From: Mobula hypostoma
Taxonomy: Eukaryota
DNA length: 64,000 nt
Reading direction: 5' to 3'
Assembly: GCF_963921235.1 (NCBI RefSeq)
Contig: NC_086097.1
Location: forward strand, 72,232,001 to 72,296,000
The notes beneath the pieces are model-generated. The model did no database searches, had not been told where the DNA came from, and saw only the letters and a program-made list of their open reading frames with translations. This document shows, one piece after another, positions 63,428 through 64,000 of this stretch. Position 1 is the stretch's first letter. The number at the start of each line of letters is the position of its first letter. Both the position numbers and the translations under genes were made by a program.

Positions 63428-64000
63428 TCATGAGGCTGCTTAACAAGTTAAGAGGCCATGGTATTACAAGAAAATACGAGCATGGGTAAAGCATTGTGGA
63501 TTGGCAGGAGGCAAAGAGTGGAAATAAAGAGAGCCTTTTCTGATTGACTGCCAGTGACTAGATGTGTTCCACAAGGGTCTGTGTTGGAACCACTTCTTTT
63601 TACATTATATGTCATTGACTTGGATGACAGAATTGATGACTTTGTGACCAAGTTTGCAGACGATATGGAGACAGATGAAGGGGTAAGTAGTTTTGAGGAA
63701 ATGGAGAGGCTACAGAAGGACTGATTAGAAGACTGGGTAATAAAGTGGCAGATGGAATACAATGTTATGAAGTGTATGGCCAATCACTTTGGTAGAAGAA
63801 ATAAAAGGGTAGACTGTTTTCTAAGTGGAGAAATGATTCAAAAATCTGAGGTGTAATGGGACCTGGAAGTCCTTGTGCTGGGTTCCCAAGTTTAATTTGC
63901 AGATTGAGTAAGTGGTGAGGAAGGCAAATGCGATGTTAGCATTCATTTCAAGAGAACTAGAATATAAAAGCAAGGATGTAATGTTGAGGCTTTATGAAGC
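63428..64000 (+). mobile_element. CR1-type RT fragment (runs off the window)
   Basis: VPQGSVLEPLLF..., KFADD remnants. Confidence 0.85.

Noticed and set aside
1..64000. Prokaryotic, viral or organellar insert
   Set aside because: No operon-like ORF density, rRNA, mitochondrial or viral hallmark recognised; all long ORFs are eukaryotic TE-derived

Overview
Repeat-dominated vertebrate DNA, most likely from a cartilaginous fish (shark or ray). This is inferred from the repeat families: CR1/HER1-type LINEs with short-repeat tails, HE1/V-type tRNA SINEs, a Deu-type SINE, Rex1/Babar LINEs and many Penelope-like elements (PLEs). Roughly two thirds of the window is decayed, often deeply nested transposons. 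These include many CR1 and Rex1 copies, several PLEs carrying minimal hammerhead ribozyme motifs, and a full-length CsRN1-type Gypsy element (219-bp LTRs, tRNA-Trp PBS, 4-bp TSD). There are also two solo LTRs, HERO-like and R4/Dong-like REL-endonuclease retrotransposons, RTE-derived non-autonomous elements and a Tigger/pogo-type element. Almost all ORFs in the track are TE fragments or antisense noise. No host gene can be named with confidence. Three observations stand out: (1) a tRNA-Cys-derived sequence inside PLE terminal repeats, possibly a PLE-mobilised SINE; (2) a 243-bp palindromic PLE made only of terminal repeats, with a 12-bp TSD; (3) a speculative minus-strand four-exon, all-phase-0 gene model (36256-45393) for a secreted protein with IL-4/13-like helical cytokine architecture. 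Most TE boundaries were set by eye and are approximate.
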